Of a stretch of 64,000 nt of DNA, positions 1 through 9,541 are shown piece after piece. The first letter of the stretch is position 1. Each line of letters starts with the position of its first letter. The translations under genes and the position numbers were made by a program. The DNA lies in the NCBI GenBank assembly GCA_020635035.1, contig JACKAO010000006.1, positions 238,807-302,806 of the forward strand, given 5' to 3'. The stretch comes from Calditrichia bacterium. Its GTDB lineage: Bacteria > Calditrichota > Calditrichia > Calditrichales > J004. Below the pieces are notes generated by a model that did not search any database, had not been told where the DNA came from, and saw only the letters and a list, made by a program, of their open reading frames with translations.

Positions 1-863
1 ACTGGCTAAGTCTGTTGGTAATACATTTTATGCTGGCTATGGTAATAGCGTTTATCCATTCGCTTATTTATATGACGTTCAGAATGTACATAACCATAGG
101 TTCGTTTCAGGATATAGAGATTGCCAGTATTTATATTAACGCGGTCGCAAATTTTGATTACGGTATTCTGGTTTATTTTGTTATTCTGCTTGTACTAAAT
201 GTACTTGAGTATTACAAACGTTTTCAGCAGGAAAAAACCCAAAACGCAGAGTTACAGTCTGCTTTGATCACCGCGCAGTTAGATGCCCTTAAAATGAAAT
301 TACAGCCCCACTTTTTGTTCAATACACTTAATTCAATTTCTGTGTTAATAAAAGATAATCCACAGAAGGCAGGCGAAACCGTTAACCGTTTAAGCGATTT
401 ATTGCGTCATGTACTTAACAACGTTGATGACCAGTTTACTGAACTGGAAAATGAAATTTCTTTTATCCGTCAATATCTGGCGATTGAAAAAGTCCGTTTT
501 GGTGAACGTTTAACTGTCACGATAGAACTTGATGATGGCTTAAAAAAAGTTCCGGTGCCATCCTTGTTGCTGCAGCCGATAGTGGAAAATGCTATCCGGC
601 ATGGAATTGCCAGACGCAGGGGAAAAGGTGTAATTGATATAAAGGTTTTCAAAAACAATCATTTTCTTACTATCGATGTATCAGATAATGGGATAGGATA
701 CAATCCGCAAAAAGGGGAATTAGAAAAAGGTTTGGGATTAAAAATAACTACGGATCGTTTGAAATCTCTTTTTGGTGATGAGTACAAGCTGAATATTGTG
801 GCGGTTAAAAGCGGCGGAACGAAAGTTAGTTTACAGATTCCTGTACCGGGAGAATCCAAATGA
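1..863 (+). CDS. LytS/YehU-type sensor histidine kinase, probably 5'-truncated by the window edge
   Basis: The frame is open back to position 1. H-box region LQPHFLFNTLNSI is followed by HATPase_c motifs (QPIVENAIRHG, DNGIGY, GLGL). ATGA overlap at 860-863 with the downstream LytTR regulator. Confidence 0.8.
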   Translation, partial: WLSLLVIHFMLAMVIAFIHSLIYMTFRMYITIGSFQDIEIASIYINAVANFDYGILVYFVILLVLNVLEYYKRFQQEKTQNAELQSALITAQLDALKMKLQPHFLFNTLNSISVLIKDNPQKAGETVNRLSDLLRHVLNNVDDQFTELENEISFIRQYLAIEKVRFGERLTVTIELDDGLKKVPVPSLLLQPIVENAIRHGIARRRGKGVIDIKVFKNNHFLTIDVSDNGIGYNPQKGELEKGLGLKITTDRLKSLFGDEYKLNIVAVKSGGTKVSLQIPVPGESK

Positions 864-1615
864 TCCGCACAATTATTGTTGATGATGAACCGCTGGCCCG
901 CAAAGGTATCAGGTTTTTTCTGCAGAATCAGCAAGATTTTGAGATTATTGCGGAATGTGAAGATGGCCTTGAAGCCATTGAAAAAATTGAAACATCAAAA
1001 CCTGACCTTGCTTTTTTAGATATTCAGATGCCTGAAATTGACGGATTTGATGTCCTTAATAATCTGCATCCGGAATCAATACCTTTTGTTGTTTTTGTAA
1101 CGGCGTATGATCAGTTTGCTTTAAAAGCTTTCCAGGCACATGCAGTGGATTATATTCTTAAACCAATCCATGAAGAACAATTCTATAAAGCCTTGCAGCG
1201 GATACGTTTACTTGTAAAGGCAAAAAACGAACCGCAACAAATTTCCAATGTATCAACTCTTTTAAAGGAAATACAGGCAAAACCTAAAGTTATTAAAAGG
1301 TTTATTGTTCGGGAAAAGAATAAACTGATCATTGTGCCGGTAGAACAGGTCGATGTTCTTGAAGCTAAAGGTGATTATATCACTCTGAAAGGTTTTGACA
1401 AAAAATATATCATCCGCGAAACACTTATAAACCTGGATCGAAATCTGGATCCTGCTCATTTTGTACGTGTAAACCGCTCCACAATTTTGCGATTAACACT
1501 AATTAAAGAACTTCAGCCATTATCAAAAGGTGATCATATAATTAAACTGAAAAATGGTGAAGAATACATGCTGAGTCGTAATTATCGGGATAATGTCTTT
1601 AATTCCCTGAGTTAG
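860..1615 (+). CDS. LytR/AlgR-family response regulator (receiver + LytTR DNA-binding domain)
   Basis: Receiver motifs IIVDDEPLA and DLAFLDIQMPEIDG. C-terminal LytTR-like region (FVRVNRSTILRL). Translationally coupled to the upstream kinase. Confidence 0.9.
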   Translation: MIRTIIVDDEPLARKGIRFFLQNQQDFEIIAECEDGLEAIEKIETSKPDLAFLDIQMPEIDGFDVLNNLHPESIPFVVFVTAYDQFALKAFQAHAVDYILKPIHEEQFYKALQRIRLLVKAKNEPQQISNVSTLLKEIQAKPKVIKRFIVREKNKLIIVPVEQVDVLEAKGDYITLKGFDKKYIIRETLINLDRNLDPAHFVRVNRSTILRLTLIKELQPLSKGDHIIKLKNGEEYMLSRNYRDNVFNSLS

Positions 1616-1728
1616 TATTTCCGTTTTGCCGCAATAAAAATCCACTTCATCGCAAATCGCTTGGTAATCCGCAAGGTACTTCTTAACTATTTTGCAAATG
1701 ATGCAGTTAAAATCAAACAGGAGATTGT

Positions 1729-4038
1729 ATGAAGATATCCGATATAATTATAAGTATTCTCTTATTTCCTTTCTTAATACATGCACAGCAGTTTTCAAGA
1801 ATTGAAAGCGGAGCAGTTGTAAATGATGGCGGAGACTCACGATCTGTAAATTGGGTTGATTATGACAATGATGGTGATCTTGACTTGTTTATAACCAATG
1901 GCCCATCAGGCGGTCAGAATAATTTCTTCTACGAAAATATGTCTGATGGTACATTTATCAAGATCGATAACCTGACTATTACACAGGATAATGCCCCTTC
2001 TGACGGTAGCACCTGGGCAGATTTCAACAATGATGGTTTCAGTGATCTTTTTGTTGCCAACTGGTACGGAGAGAACAATCTTCTTTACATAAACAATGGC
2101 GATAAAACCTTTACCTTTCTTCCAGATACATCAACACGAAGCGGCGGATTTTCCGAATCGGGTTCCTGGGCTGATCTGAATGGAGATGCTTTTGTTGATC
2201 TGTTTGTTGCAAATAGCGGTGGTGATCTTAAAAATTTCGTTTATATGAATGGAACGACAGAAAAGTTTAGCAGAATTTCGGGAATTGGCATCACCGAAGA
2301 TGGCGGAACATCACGTCATATGGATTTCGCGGATTTTGATAATGATGGTTTACTGGATTTGTTTGTTCCCAATGAAGACAATGAAAAAAACTTTCTGTAC
2401 AAAGCAAACAATGAAGCGGGTTTTACAAAAATAATGGATGGTGAAATTGCTACAAATACAGCATCTTCGTTTGGCAGCAGCTGGGGAGATTATGATAACG
2501 ACGGGGATTTCGATTTATTTGTAGCCAATTGGGGTAATCAGAATAATTATTTATACAGAAACGAAGGTAACGGATCATTCTCGAAAATTACAGAAGGAAT
2601 TGTTGTTAATGATCATGGATATTCAGTTGGTTCAGCCTGGGCCGATGTGGATAATGATGGCGATCTGGATTTATTTGTGGCAAATGCATTCAGTAGTTCT
2701 GAAACAAATAACTTTCTTTATCTTAATAATGGAGATGGCAGTTTCAATAAAGATACAAGCATTGTTTCAACGGAGAAAGGTTGGGGATATGGAGCCAGTT
2801 TTGGCGATTATAACCGCGATGGCTATCTTGATCTGGCTGTAGCAAAGTGTTTTAACGCCAGTGAAAACAACGCCTTGTTTTTAAATAATGGCGGATTAAA
2901 CAACTGGATTACTCTGAAGCTATCAGGCTCCGTATCTAACCGCTCGGCTATTGGAGCCAGGGTGCGAATAAAGGCTGTCATTAATGGTTCAGAAACCTGG
3001 CAGATGCGTCATGTCTCGGGTCAGAACGGATATTGCGGACAAAATCTTGAACTCCACTTTGGTTTAGGAGACGCAAATAAGATCGACTCAGTACTTGTAT
3101 ATTGGCCGTCAGGTCAGCTGCAGGTATTGGACCAGGTGATTGCTAATCAGGTTTTAAATATTAAGGAAACGGTACCGCAAGGATATCTCCGGCCACATTT
3201 TAAAGCAGATAAACGAATGGGTTTTGGAAACACAGTCGTTAAATTCACTGATTTATCTGTATTCGATGATAAGATGCCTGTCATCTCTTATGCCTGGGAT
3301 TTTGATGGTGATGATGAAACCGACAGCATAGAGAAAGATCCTGTTTGGGAATATGACTCCCTGGGTGTTTATACTGTAAAGCTGACGGTTAATAATGAAT
3401 TAGGTTCAGAGAACAAAATATTCACTGATTATATTCATATTAAGAGAAAACCGGGCACTCCCGTTGTTTTGAACACTTTCCCTTCCCGTTACGATACAAC
3501 CATTGCAAAACGTGAAGAAATTAAATTTAGAGTTAATGCTGTTGATACATCCATGTATTCTCTGAGTTATTCATGGACTCTAAATGGATTGGAAAAATCG
3601 AAAGATACCACCTATGCTTACAGGGCATCGTCATTCAATGTACCCAGAACAGACACAGTAAGTCTTGAGATTTCTAATGGATATAATATTCAAAGTATAA
3701 ATTGGTTAATAAATGTTATTAATGACGTATCGTCGATAGAAGCAGGAAATACGGGTTTCCCGTTATCGTATCAATTAAATGAAAATTACCCTAATCCATT
3801 TAACCCGACAACTATAATTAAATATACGATTCCTGGAAATCAGGCATCATTAACACATGTTTCGCTTTCTGTGTATGATTTGATAGGCCGCCAGGTAACA
3901 AAGCTGGTTGACAAGAAACATTCTCCCGGAGAGTATGCAGTTACTTTTGACGGGGCAAATCTGAGCAGCGGAATCTACTACTATAAGATACAATCAGGAT
4001 CATTCAGTCAGGTAAAGCGAATGCTGTTGTTGAAATAA
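1729..4038 (+). CDS. Secreted FG-GAP/VCBS-repeat protein with ASPIC/UnbV-like and PKD-like domains and a T9SS C-terminal sorting domain
   Basis: Signal peptide. Many repeats of the type D-x-D/N-x-DG-x-x-DLFVAN. ASPIC/UnbV-like block (GARVRIKAV...HFGLG). PKD-like block (YAWDFDGDDETD). C-terminus has NYPNPFNPTTIIKY and ends in LLLK. Confidence 0.8.
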   Translation: MKISDIIISILLFPFLIHAQQFSRIESGAVVNDGGDSRSVNWVDYDNDGDLDLFITNGPSGGQNNFFYENMSDGTFIKIDNLTITQDNAPSDGSTWADFNNDGFSDLFVANWYGENNLLYINNGDKTFTFLPDTSTRSGGFSESGSWADLNGDAFVDLFVANSGGDLKNFVYMNGTTEKFSRISGIGITEDGGTSRHMDFADFDNDGLLDLFVPNEDNEKNFLYKANNEAGFTKIMDGEIATNTASSFGSSWGDYDNDGDFDLFVANWGNQNNYLYRNEGNGSFSKITEGIVVNDHGYSVGSAWADVDNDGDLDLFVANAFSSSETNNFLYLNNGDGSFNKDTSIVSTEKGWGYGASFGDYNRDGYLDLAVAKCFNASENNALFLNNGGLNNWITLKLSGSVSNRSAIGARVRIKAVINGSETWQMRHVSGQNGYCGQNLELHFGLGDANKIDSVLVYWPSGQLQVLDQVIANQVLNIKETVPQGYLRPHFKADKRMGFGNTVVKFTDLSVFDDKMPVISYAWDFDGDDETDSIEKDPVWEYDSLGVYTVKLTVNNELGSENKIFTDYIHIKRKPGTPVVLNTFPSRYDTTIAKREEIKFRVNAVDTSMYSLSYSWTLNGLEKSKDTTYAYRASSFNVPRTDTVSLEISNGYNIQSINWLINVINDVSSIEAGNTGFPLSYQLNENYPNPFNPTTIIKYTIPGNQASLTHVSLSVYDLIGRQVTKLVDKKHSPGEYAVTFDGANLSSGIYYYKIQSGSFSQVKRMLLLK

Positions 4039-4199
4039 GACAGGACAGGGAATAATTTAACCGCAGATCCTTAGTATAATTTAATGCGGTTGTGTGTGAT
4101 TATAACGCATAAAAATTTATATTTATCTTCTTTGTTTTTTTGAATTAAAAACGCTTAAAATTGTGTTATGTAATTTGATAATTAGAAAGAAGATAAACC

Positions 4200-4829
4200 A
4201 TGTTTTTTGACACACTCTCTTCCCGTACACATTTATTAAAGTCTATCGTAATTTCAGCGTTCCTGATTGCCCTGATTCTTATTTTTCTGCCACCTGAAAA
4301 AACTCTTGGTCCGGTCATAAAACTGGTTTATCTGCATGCTGCACTGGTTCAGACAAGCTTACTTCTTTTTGTTACTGCCGGAGTTACAGGCTTTCTGGAT
4401 CTTTTTCTAAACCGAAAGAGACTTTATGCATGGTCAATGGTTTCTCAGAAGATGGCAATAATTACTTGGGTATTTTATCTGCTGTCCAGTATGATTGTAA
4501 CTTACCTGTCGTGGGGTGTGGCTATTGCCTGGGAAGAACCACGTGTACAGATGTCAATCCGGGTATTTATTCTTTCCCTGGTCTTTTTTATTGTGTCTGT
4601 ATGGTTAAACAACCGAAAAATAGGGGATATAATAAATATAATTACAGCAGTTCTTGTTGTTCTGCTTTCACTTACGGCTGTAAATATTCGTCATCCTAAT
4701 AATCCTGTTGGAGAATCAGAATCTGTATTATATGCAATCGCTTTTTATTTTGTATTGGTACTGACCATGATTTTCACTTTACAGCTAATGCGACTCATCT
4801 TCAAAAATACACTTGAACAAAAAGAATAA
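4200..4829 (+). CDS. Polytopic membrane protein with possibly CcmC/heme-handling-like motif order (tentative)
   Basis: About 6 hydrophobic segments. Ordered motifs LVYLHAALV, then SWGVAIAWEEPRV, then NIRHPNNP resemble the His / W-rich loop / His layout of CcmC. The W-rich motif is degenerate. Confidence 0.4.
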   Translation: MFFDTLSSRTHLLKSIVISAFLIALILIFLPPEKTLGPVIKLVYLHAALVQTSLLLFVTAGVTGFLDLFLNRKRLYAWSMVSQKMAIITWVFYLLSSMIVTYLSWGVAIAWEEPRVQMSIRVFILSLVFFIVSVWLNNRKIGDIINIITAVLVVLLSLTAVNIRHPNNPVGESESVLYAIAFYFVLVLTMIFTLQLMRLIFKNTLEQKE

Positions 4830-4963
4830 ATGGTTTCTGCAATCTCCGCTTCTACCTTTCAATTTTATCAAGACTATTGTGTAAGCAGGTAAAATAAAAT
4901 TCATCTTATTAGTTTTTTTAACTATCTTCCAGACTAAATAATATTATAAAGGTGTCTTTTTAT

Positions 4964-5728
4964 ATGGAAGCCAGACCTTATATACTTAAAGAAACAAGTT
5001 TAAAAGCTGTACAGCAAAACTCATTTGAAATAGCTGTGTTACCCTGGGGTGCAACAGAAGCTCATAACTATCATCTCCCCTATGGTACAGATATTTATGA
5101 AGCAGAATATATTGCTGCAGAAGCAGCCGGATTAGCATGGGAAAAGAATGTAAAGCTGATCGTTTTACCGGCAGTTCCATTTGGGGTTAACACGCAGCAA
5201 CTGGATATCCCGCTTACTATTAACATGAACCCATCCACGCAATCATTTATTCTTGAAGATGTTATAGAAAGCCTGGAGCATCATAGTATAGAAAAATTGG
5301 TAATTCTGAATAGCCATGGGGGGAATAATTTCCGTCAAATGGTGCGTGAACTGCAAAGAAAAACAGACATTTTTTTGTGCACCCTGGACTGGTTTAAAAT
5401 TGCAGAACCGCTTAAAATATTTGATGAACCGGGTGACCATGCGGGTGAAATGGAAACAAGCCTGCTAATGCATTTTAATCCCGAATTAGTGCGTTCTTTA
5501 AACGAAGCCGGAGATGGTTCTGCTAAGAAGTTCAGTATCAATGCCTTTAATCAGGGGTGGGCATGGGCACCGCGACAATGGACGAGTGTTACAAATGATA
5601 CCGGAGTGGGGAATCCTGCGCAGGCGAATGCTGAAAAGGGAAAAAAATACCTTCAAGAAATCAGTCAAATAATTGCTGACTTTTTTGTTGAATTATCAGA
5701 AACTGAAATTAAAGAAATGTATAAATAA
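4964..5728 (+). CDS. Creatininase-family amidohydrolase
   Basis: Motif LPWGATEAHNYHLPYGTD, plus NSHGGN and HAGEMETS, typical of the creatininase/MftE family. ATG at 4964 follows AAGGTG. The track ORF starts at a GTG at 4952. Confidence 0.8.
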   Translation: MEARPYILKETSLKAVQQNSFEIAVLPWGATEAHNYHLPYGTDIYEAEYIAAEAAGLAWEKNVKLIVLPAVPFGVNTQQLDIPLTINMNPSTQSFILEDVIESLEHHSIEKLVILNSHGGNNFRQMVRELQRKTDIFLCTLDWFKIAEPLKIFDEPGDHAGEMETSLLMHFNPELVRSLNEAGDGSAKKFSINAFNQGWAWAPRQWTSVTNDTGVGNPAQANAEKGKKYLQEISQIIADFFVELSETEIKEMYK

Positions 5729-5747
5729 AAATTGGATTGGATCCGGG

Positions 5748-6827
5748 ATGTACAATAATATGAGTTTTTATGGTATGAAACTTTTTGTTTTATTTTTATT
5801 TATGATTGGCTTTGGTCAGGCCCAGGAAATAAGAGAATATGTTGTAAAAAAAACACTGGATGCACCTGTTATTGATGGTAAACTGGATGAAGCCGCCTGG
5901 CAGAATGCTGCACTTACAGAATCTTTTGTAATTTACCAGACCGGAGCAGCAACTCAGTTAAATACGCAATGTAAATTGCTATGGGACGAAAGTTATCTTT
6001 ACATTGGCTTTATTTGTGAAGACCCGGATGTCTGGGCAACTCTTGAAAATCGTGATGATCACCTTTGGAATGGTGAAGTTGTTGAAATTTTATGCGATCC
6101 TGATGATGATGAGCTTAACTACTTTGAAGTCCAGGTAAATCCTTTGGGAACTTTGCTGGACTTATTTTTAAATAAGGCCTACTATGCTGGCGGTACTGCT
6201 GATTTAGGTCTTACCTTTGATAGTCTTAAAGCAGGAATCTGGGTTGAAGGAACATTAAATAACCAGGATGATACAGACAGTTTATGGCAGTGTGAAGTTG
6301 CCCTTCCATTTGCAGAAATTGCATTTATGGCACCGACACTACACTTCCCCCCTGTCGACGGAGAACATTGGCGAATTTTACTGACACGATATGATTATGA
6401 ACGCAGCGGCGATAAGACCATTGAAGTGTCGTCCTGGAATCAGACCGATTCACGAGGCTTTCATGTGCCATCAAAGTTTGGCAAAATAATTTTTTCTGAC
6501 TCATTAATCATTAACTCTCTTAATCCGGGCAAAAGCCTGAATATTGTTGAAGATTTTAAACTTTTTCAAAATTATCCCAATCCATTCAATCCTTCAACAA
6601 CCATCAGCTATCAGTTACAGAAGAATCAAAAAATAAATTTATCTGTTTACAGCAATTCCGGGCAGATTGTCAAAGAATTATATAATGGCACTCAATTTGC
6701 GGGTTTACACAATATAATATGGGATGGTAATGATAATAATGGCAGAAAAGTATCATCTGGATTGTATTGTATAAGGCTTAAAACCAATAATTCTGTACAA
6801 TCCAATAAAATGATCCTGCTAAAATAA
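5748..6827 (+). CDS. Secreted CBM9-like (carbohydrate-binding family 9-like) protein with T9SS C-terminal sorting domain
   Basis: Signal peptide begins around MYNNMSFYGMKLFVLF. Pattern DGKLDEAAWQNA...LWDESYLYIGF...EVVEILCDP...YFEVQVNPLG. C-terminus has NYPNPFNPSTTISY and ends in ILLK. The start is chosen downstream of the track start, which would overlap the previous gene. Confidence 0.7.
   Translation: MYNNMSFYGMKLFVLFLFMIGFGQAQEIREYVVKKTLDAPVIDGKLDEAAWQNAALTESFVIYQTGAATQLNTQCKLLWDESYLYIGFICEDPDVWATLENRDDHLWNGEVVEILCDPDDDELNYFEVQVNPLGTLLDLFLNKAYYAGGTADLGLTFDSLKAGIWVEGTLNNQDDTDSLWQCEVALPFAEIAFMAPTLHFPPVDGEHWRILLTRYDYERSGDKTIEVSSWNQTDSRGFHVPSKFGKIIFSDSLIINSLNPGKSLNIVEDFKLFQNYPNPFNPSTTISYQLQKNQKINLSVYSNSGQIVKELYNGTQFAGLHNIIWDGNDNNGRKVSSGLYCIRLKTNNSVQSNKMILLK
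6561..6611. repeat. 51-nt exact DNA repeat, copy 1 (T9SS CTD-coding segment)
   Basis: The string ctttttcaaaattatcccaatccattcaatccttcaacaaccatcagctat is identical to 8117-8167 (compared base by base by hand). Confidence 0.9.
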
Positions 6828-6877
6828 TAAAAGTCATATAGCCATCTTAATTTTTAACCAATTATAAAGAGGCTATC

Positions 6878-8371
6878 ATGAGAAATATTTTCACAGCATT
6901 TTTTATTTTGTTTTTATTTAATCTGTTAACCGCAGAATCAATTAAAGTACCCGGTGATTTTTCTTCAATTCAGGATGCAATTGATAATTCTGCTGATGGG
7001 GATACTATATTAGTTGAACCAGGTACCTACCAGGAAAACATAGAAGTTAGAAATAAATCATTTGTTTTAACTTCAAACTTTATTTTTTCTAAATCAGAAT
7101 CAGATGTAATGAATACTGTTATTGATGGTGATAACGGAGACTATGTTTTCAGAATTTATGAGTCTGATAAAGCCCCCTTATCAATAATTGGGATAACAAT
7201 ACAAAATGCAGATGATGGAATAATGCCCAATGCTAAATTTAATATTATGAATTGCATTGTTACTAAATGCACGGATGGAATTGATTATGAATCCGGCAGT
7301 GGAGGGATCTGCAAAGACAATACATTTGAATATAACGATGATGATGGAATAGACCTTGATGAAGATGTGGATATCCTGATTGAAAACAATAAAATCATCA
7401 ATAATGATGATGATGGTATTGAGATTAGGCTTCATAAATATTCCGGCGCCCTTTTAAATTATGAAATAAAAAATAATATTATATCCGGCAATGATGAAGA
7501 CGGAATACAAATTATTGATTATCCGGACGTAAGTGATCGAATTTTGAAAATTTATAATAACCTGATATTTAATAATTCTATGTCTGGAATAGGTCTCATG
7601 AGTGATGGAAATACGGTAGAGAATTATGAAGGTGCTCCTATTGAAGAACCTATTGAGATTATAAATAACACTTTCTCAGATAATGAATATGGAATTACAG
7701 GTGGTGCAAATTTAATAGCAAAAAACAACATTATTATCAATTGCGCAAAAACAGCGTATAAAAATGTTAGTGAAGCTTCACTTATTACCTATACTTGTCT
7801 TTGGAATAATGGTCAGGATTTTAGTAACAGTAATTATGAGAACAATACAATTGAAAATATAAATCCTGCTTTTTCAGATAAACAAGATTTTATACTTGCT
7901 GAAAACTCTGAATGTATTGATGCTGGTGATCCGGATAGTGAATACGATGATCCTAATGCGCAAAATGGTTCTGGCTCAGCACTATGGCCATCAAAGGGAA
8001 CAACAAGAAATGATCTGGGAGCCTATGGCGGACCTTATGCAGATGATTGGGACACGAAAGTTATAACGAAAATAAATGATGAAAAAGCAGGTCAATTACT
8101 GCCTTTGAATAACAGTCTTTTTCAAAATTATCCCAATCCATTCAATCCTTCAACAACCATCAGCTATAAGATTAAAGAGAATACGACTGTAAATGTAAGA
8201 GTGTTTGATTCTAACGGAAAAGTAGTATCAGAATTGGTTAATAAAATTCAGCAGCCTGGAACTTATTCTGAATTTTTTAATGCAACTGGATTATCAAGTG
8301 GTGTTTACTACTTTTCAATTTCAACTGGAAATGGTTTTTCGCAGACAAGAAAAATGGTTCTATTGCGTTAA
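6878..8371 (+). CDS. Secreted right-handed parallel beta-helix repeat protein with T9SS C-terminal sorting domain
   Basis: Signal peptide. Repeated N-x-I-x-x-N/DDDGI units typical of PbH1 beta-helix repeats. C-terminus has NYPNPFNPSTTISY and ends in VLLR. Confidence 0.75.
   Translation: MRNIFTAFFILFLFNLLTAESIKVPGDFSSIQDAIDNSADGDTILVEPGTYQENIEVRNKSFVLTSNFIFSKSESDVMNTVIDGDNGDYVFRIYESDKAPLSIIGITIQNADDGIMPNAKFNIMNCIVTKCTDGIDYESGSGGICKDNTFEYNDDDGIDLDEDVDILIENNKIINNDDDGIEIRLHKYSGALLNYEIKNNIISGNDEDGIQIIDYPDVSDRILKIYNNLIFNNSMSGIGLMSDGNTVENYEGAPIEEPIEIINNTFSDNEYGITGGANLIAKNNIIINCAKTAYKNVSEASLITYTCLWNNGQDFSNSNYENNTIENINPAFSDKQDFILAENSECIDAGDPDSEYDDPNAQNGSGSALWPSKGTTRNDLGAYGGPYADDWDTKVITKINDEKAGQLLPLNNSLFQNYPNPFNPSTTISYKIKENTTVNVRVFDSNGKVVSELVNKIQQPGTYSEFFNATGLSSGVYYFSISTGNGFSQTRKMVLLR
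8117..8167. repeat. 51-nt exact DNA repeat, copy 2 (T9SS CTD-coding segment)
   Basis: Identical to 6561-6611. Both copies encode LFQNYPNPFNPSTTISY in adjacent genes. Confidence 0.9.
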
Positions 8372-9514
8372 TTCAACATGCCGGATATGTTTTGAGATAA
8401 ACTGAACAGCAATAAGTGAAAACAAGCTGAGAACAGCCCCGGCTATAAATGGAATCCTGTAATCAAGCATCCATAGAATACCACCTGCAGCAGGTATGGC
8501 AACGGCAGCGATATGGTTGATTGTAAAGCCAACTGCCATGCTAGGGGCAATATCCGCCGGATCACCTATTTTCTGGAAATAAGTACGTATCGCTATTGCA
8601 AAATTAAAAAAGATATGATCAAGTATATAAAGTATGGCGATGATCAGTTTTGATTCGATTGTTGCATATAAAATGAAAATAAAAATTAAACTGAAGTACT
8701 CGAGTGACAGCACAATCTGTTCGCCATACCGGATAATGGCTTTTCCAATAATTGGACTAAGAAAGTAGTTTATAACATTATTAATAATAAATAAAATGGT
8801 AATTTCCTGGATGCTAAAGTTAAATTTCTTTACAAGCAGGAATACAGCAAAAGCCACAAAAATTTGTCTTCGTGCTCCGGCCATAAATGTAAGAAAATAA
8901 AAAAGGCCATATCTTTTTTTGAATATCATCTTTTTGTGCTGCGGAACTAAATCATCCCTTGTTGGATTTAACAGCATACCATAAAACCCCACGGCAAAGA
9001 TTACAAAACCTATTGAAAGAAAAATCATTTTATAGCTTAACAAGTATGTTAAAAAAAATATAAGAATACCTATTCCGATATTTGATGCAGCAGCATAACT
9101 GCGCAGCTTACCAAAAACCCATGGTGATGTTGTTTTATCAAAATATTGCAGGGTAAGCGATTGGTTTGTTGTTTCATAATAATGAAAACCGAAACTCATA
9201 ATCAGTGTCGTTAAAATCAGGCCAAAATAGGATGGAAAAAATCCGGTAAGAGCCACACCTAGTCCTAATGTAAGGATGGATAGGGCCGAAAGACGGTGCT
9301 CTTTTATCGCCATGATTATAAAAATAGCAAGCAAAGCAAGAAAACCCGGTATCTCCCTGACAGATTGAATGATACCTATGTGATTACCTTCCAGATTTAC
9401 TACTTCAACTGCAAAATTATTAAACAGTGTTCTCCAGGTTTGCAAGCCGGCCACGGAAGCAATGGTAAGCATTGCCAGGAAACGGAACATCTGATCACGG
9501 GTTGTTTCTTTCAT
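8360..9514 (-). CDS. MFS-type transporter (12-TM membrane protein)
   Basis: 384 aa, hydrophobic throughout, with about 12 predicted TM segments and a central basic loop (HKKMIFKKRYG). Its 3' end overlaps the convergent beta-helix gene by 12 nt. Confidence 0.55.
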   Translation of the reverse strand: MKETTRDQMFRFLAMLTIASVAGLQTWRTLFNNFAVEVVNLEGNHIGIIQSVREIPGFLALLAIFIIMAIKEHRLSALSILTLGLGVALTGFFPSYFGLILTTLIMSFGFHYYETTNQSLTLQYFDKTTSPWVFGKLRSYAAASNIGIGILIFFLTYLLSYKMIFLSIGFVIFAVGFYGMLLNPTRDDLVPQHKKMIFKKRYGLFYFLTFMAGARRQIFVAFAVFLLVKKFNFSIQEITILFIINNVINYFLSPIIGKAIIRYGEQIVLSLEYFSLIFIFILYATIESKLIIAILYILDHIFFNFAIAIRTYFQKIGDPADIAPSMAVGFTINHIAAVAIPAAGGILWMLDYRIPFIAGAVLSLFSLIAVQFISKHIRHVELTQ

Positions 9515-9541
9515 AATTCCCGATGGGGTAATGGTGATATT

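Noticed and set aside
5673-5747. N-terminal extension of the CBM9-like ORF overlapping the creatininase gene
   Set aside because: The signal peptide begins only after the internal Met codons at 5748-5775. The extension would overlap the upstream gene by 56 nt.
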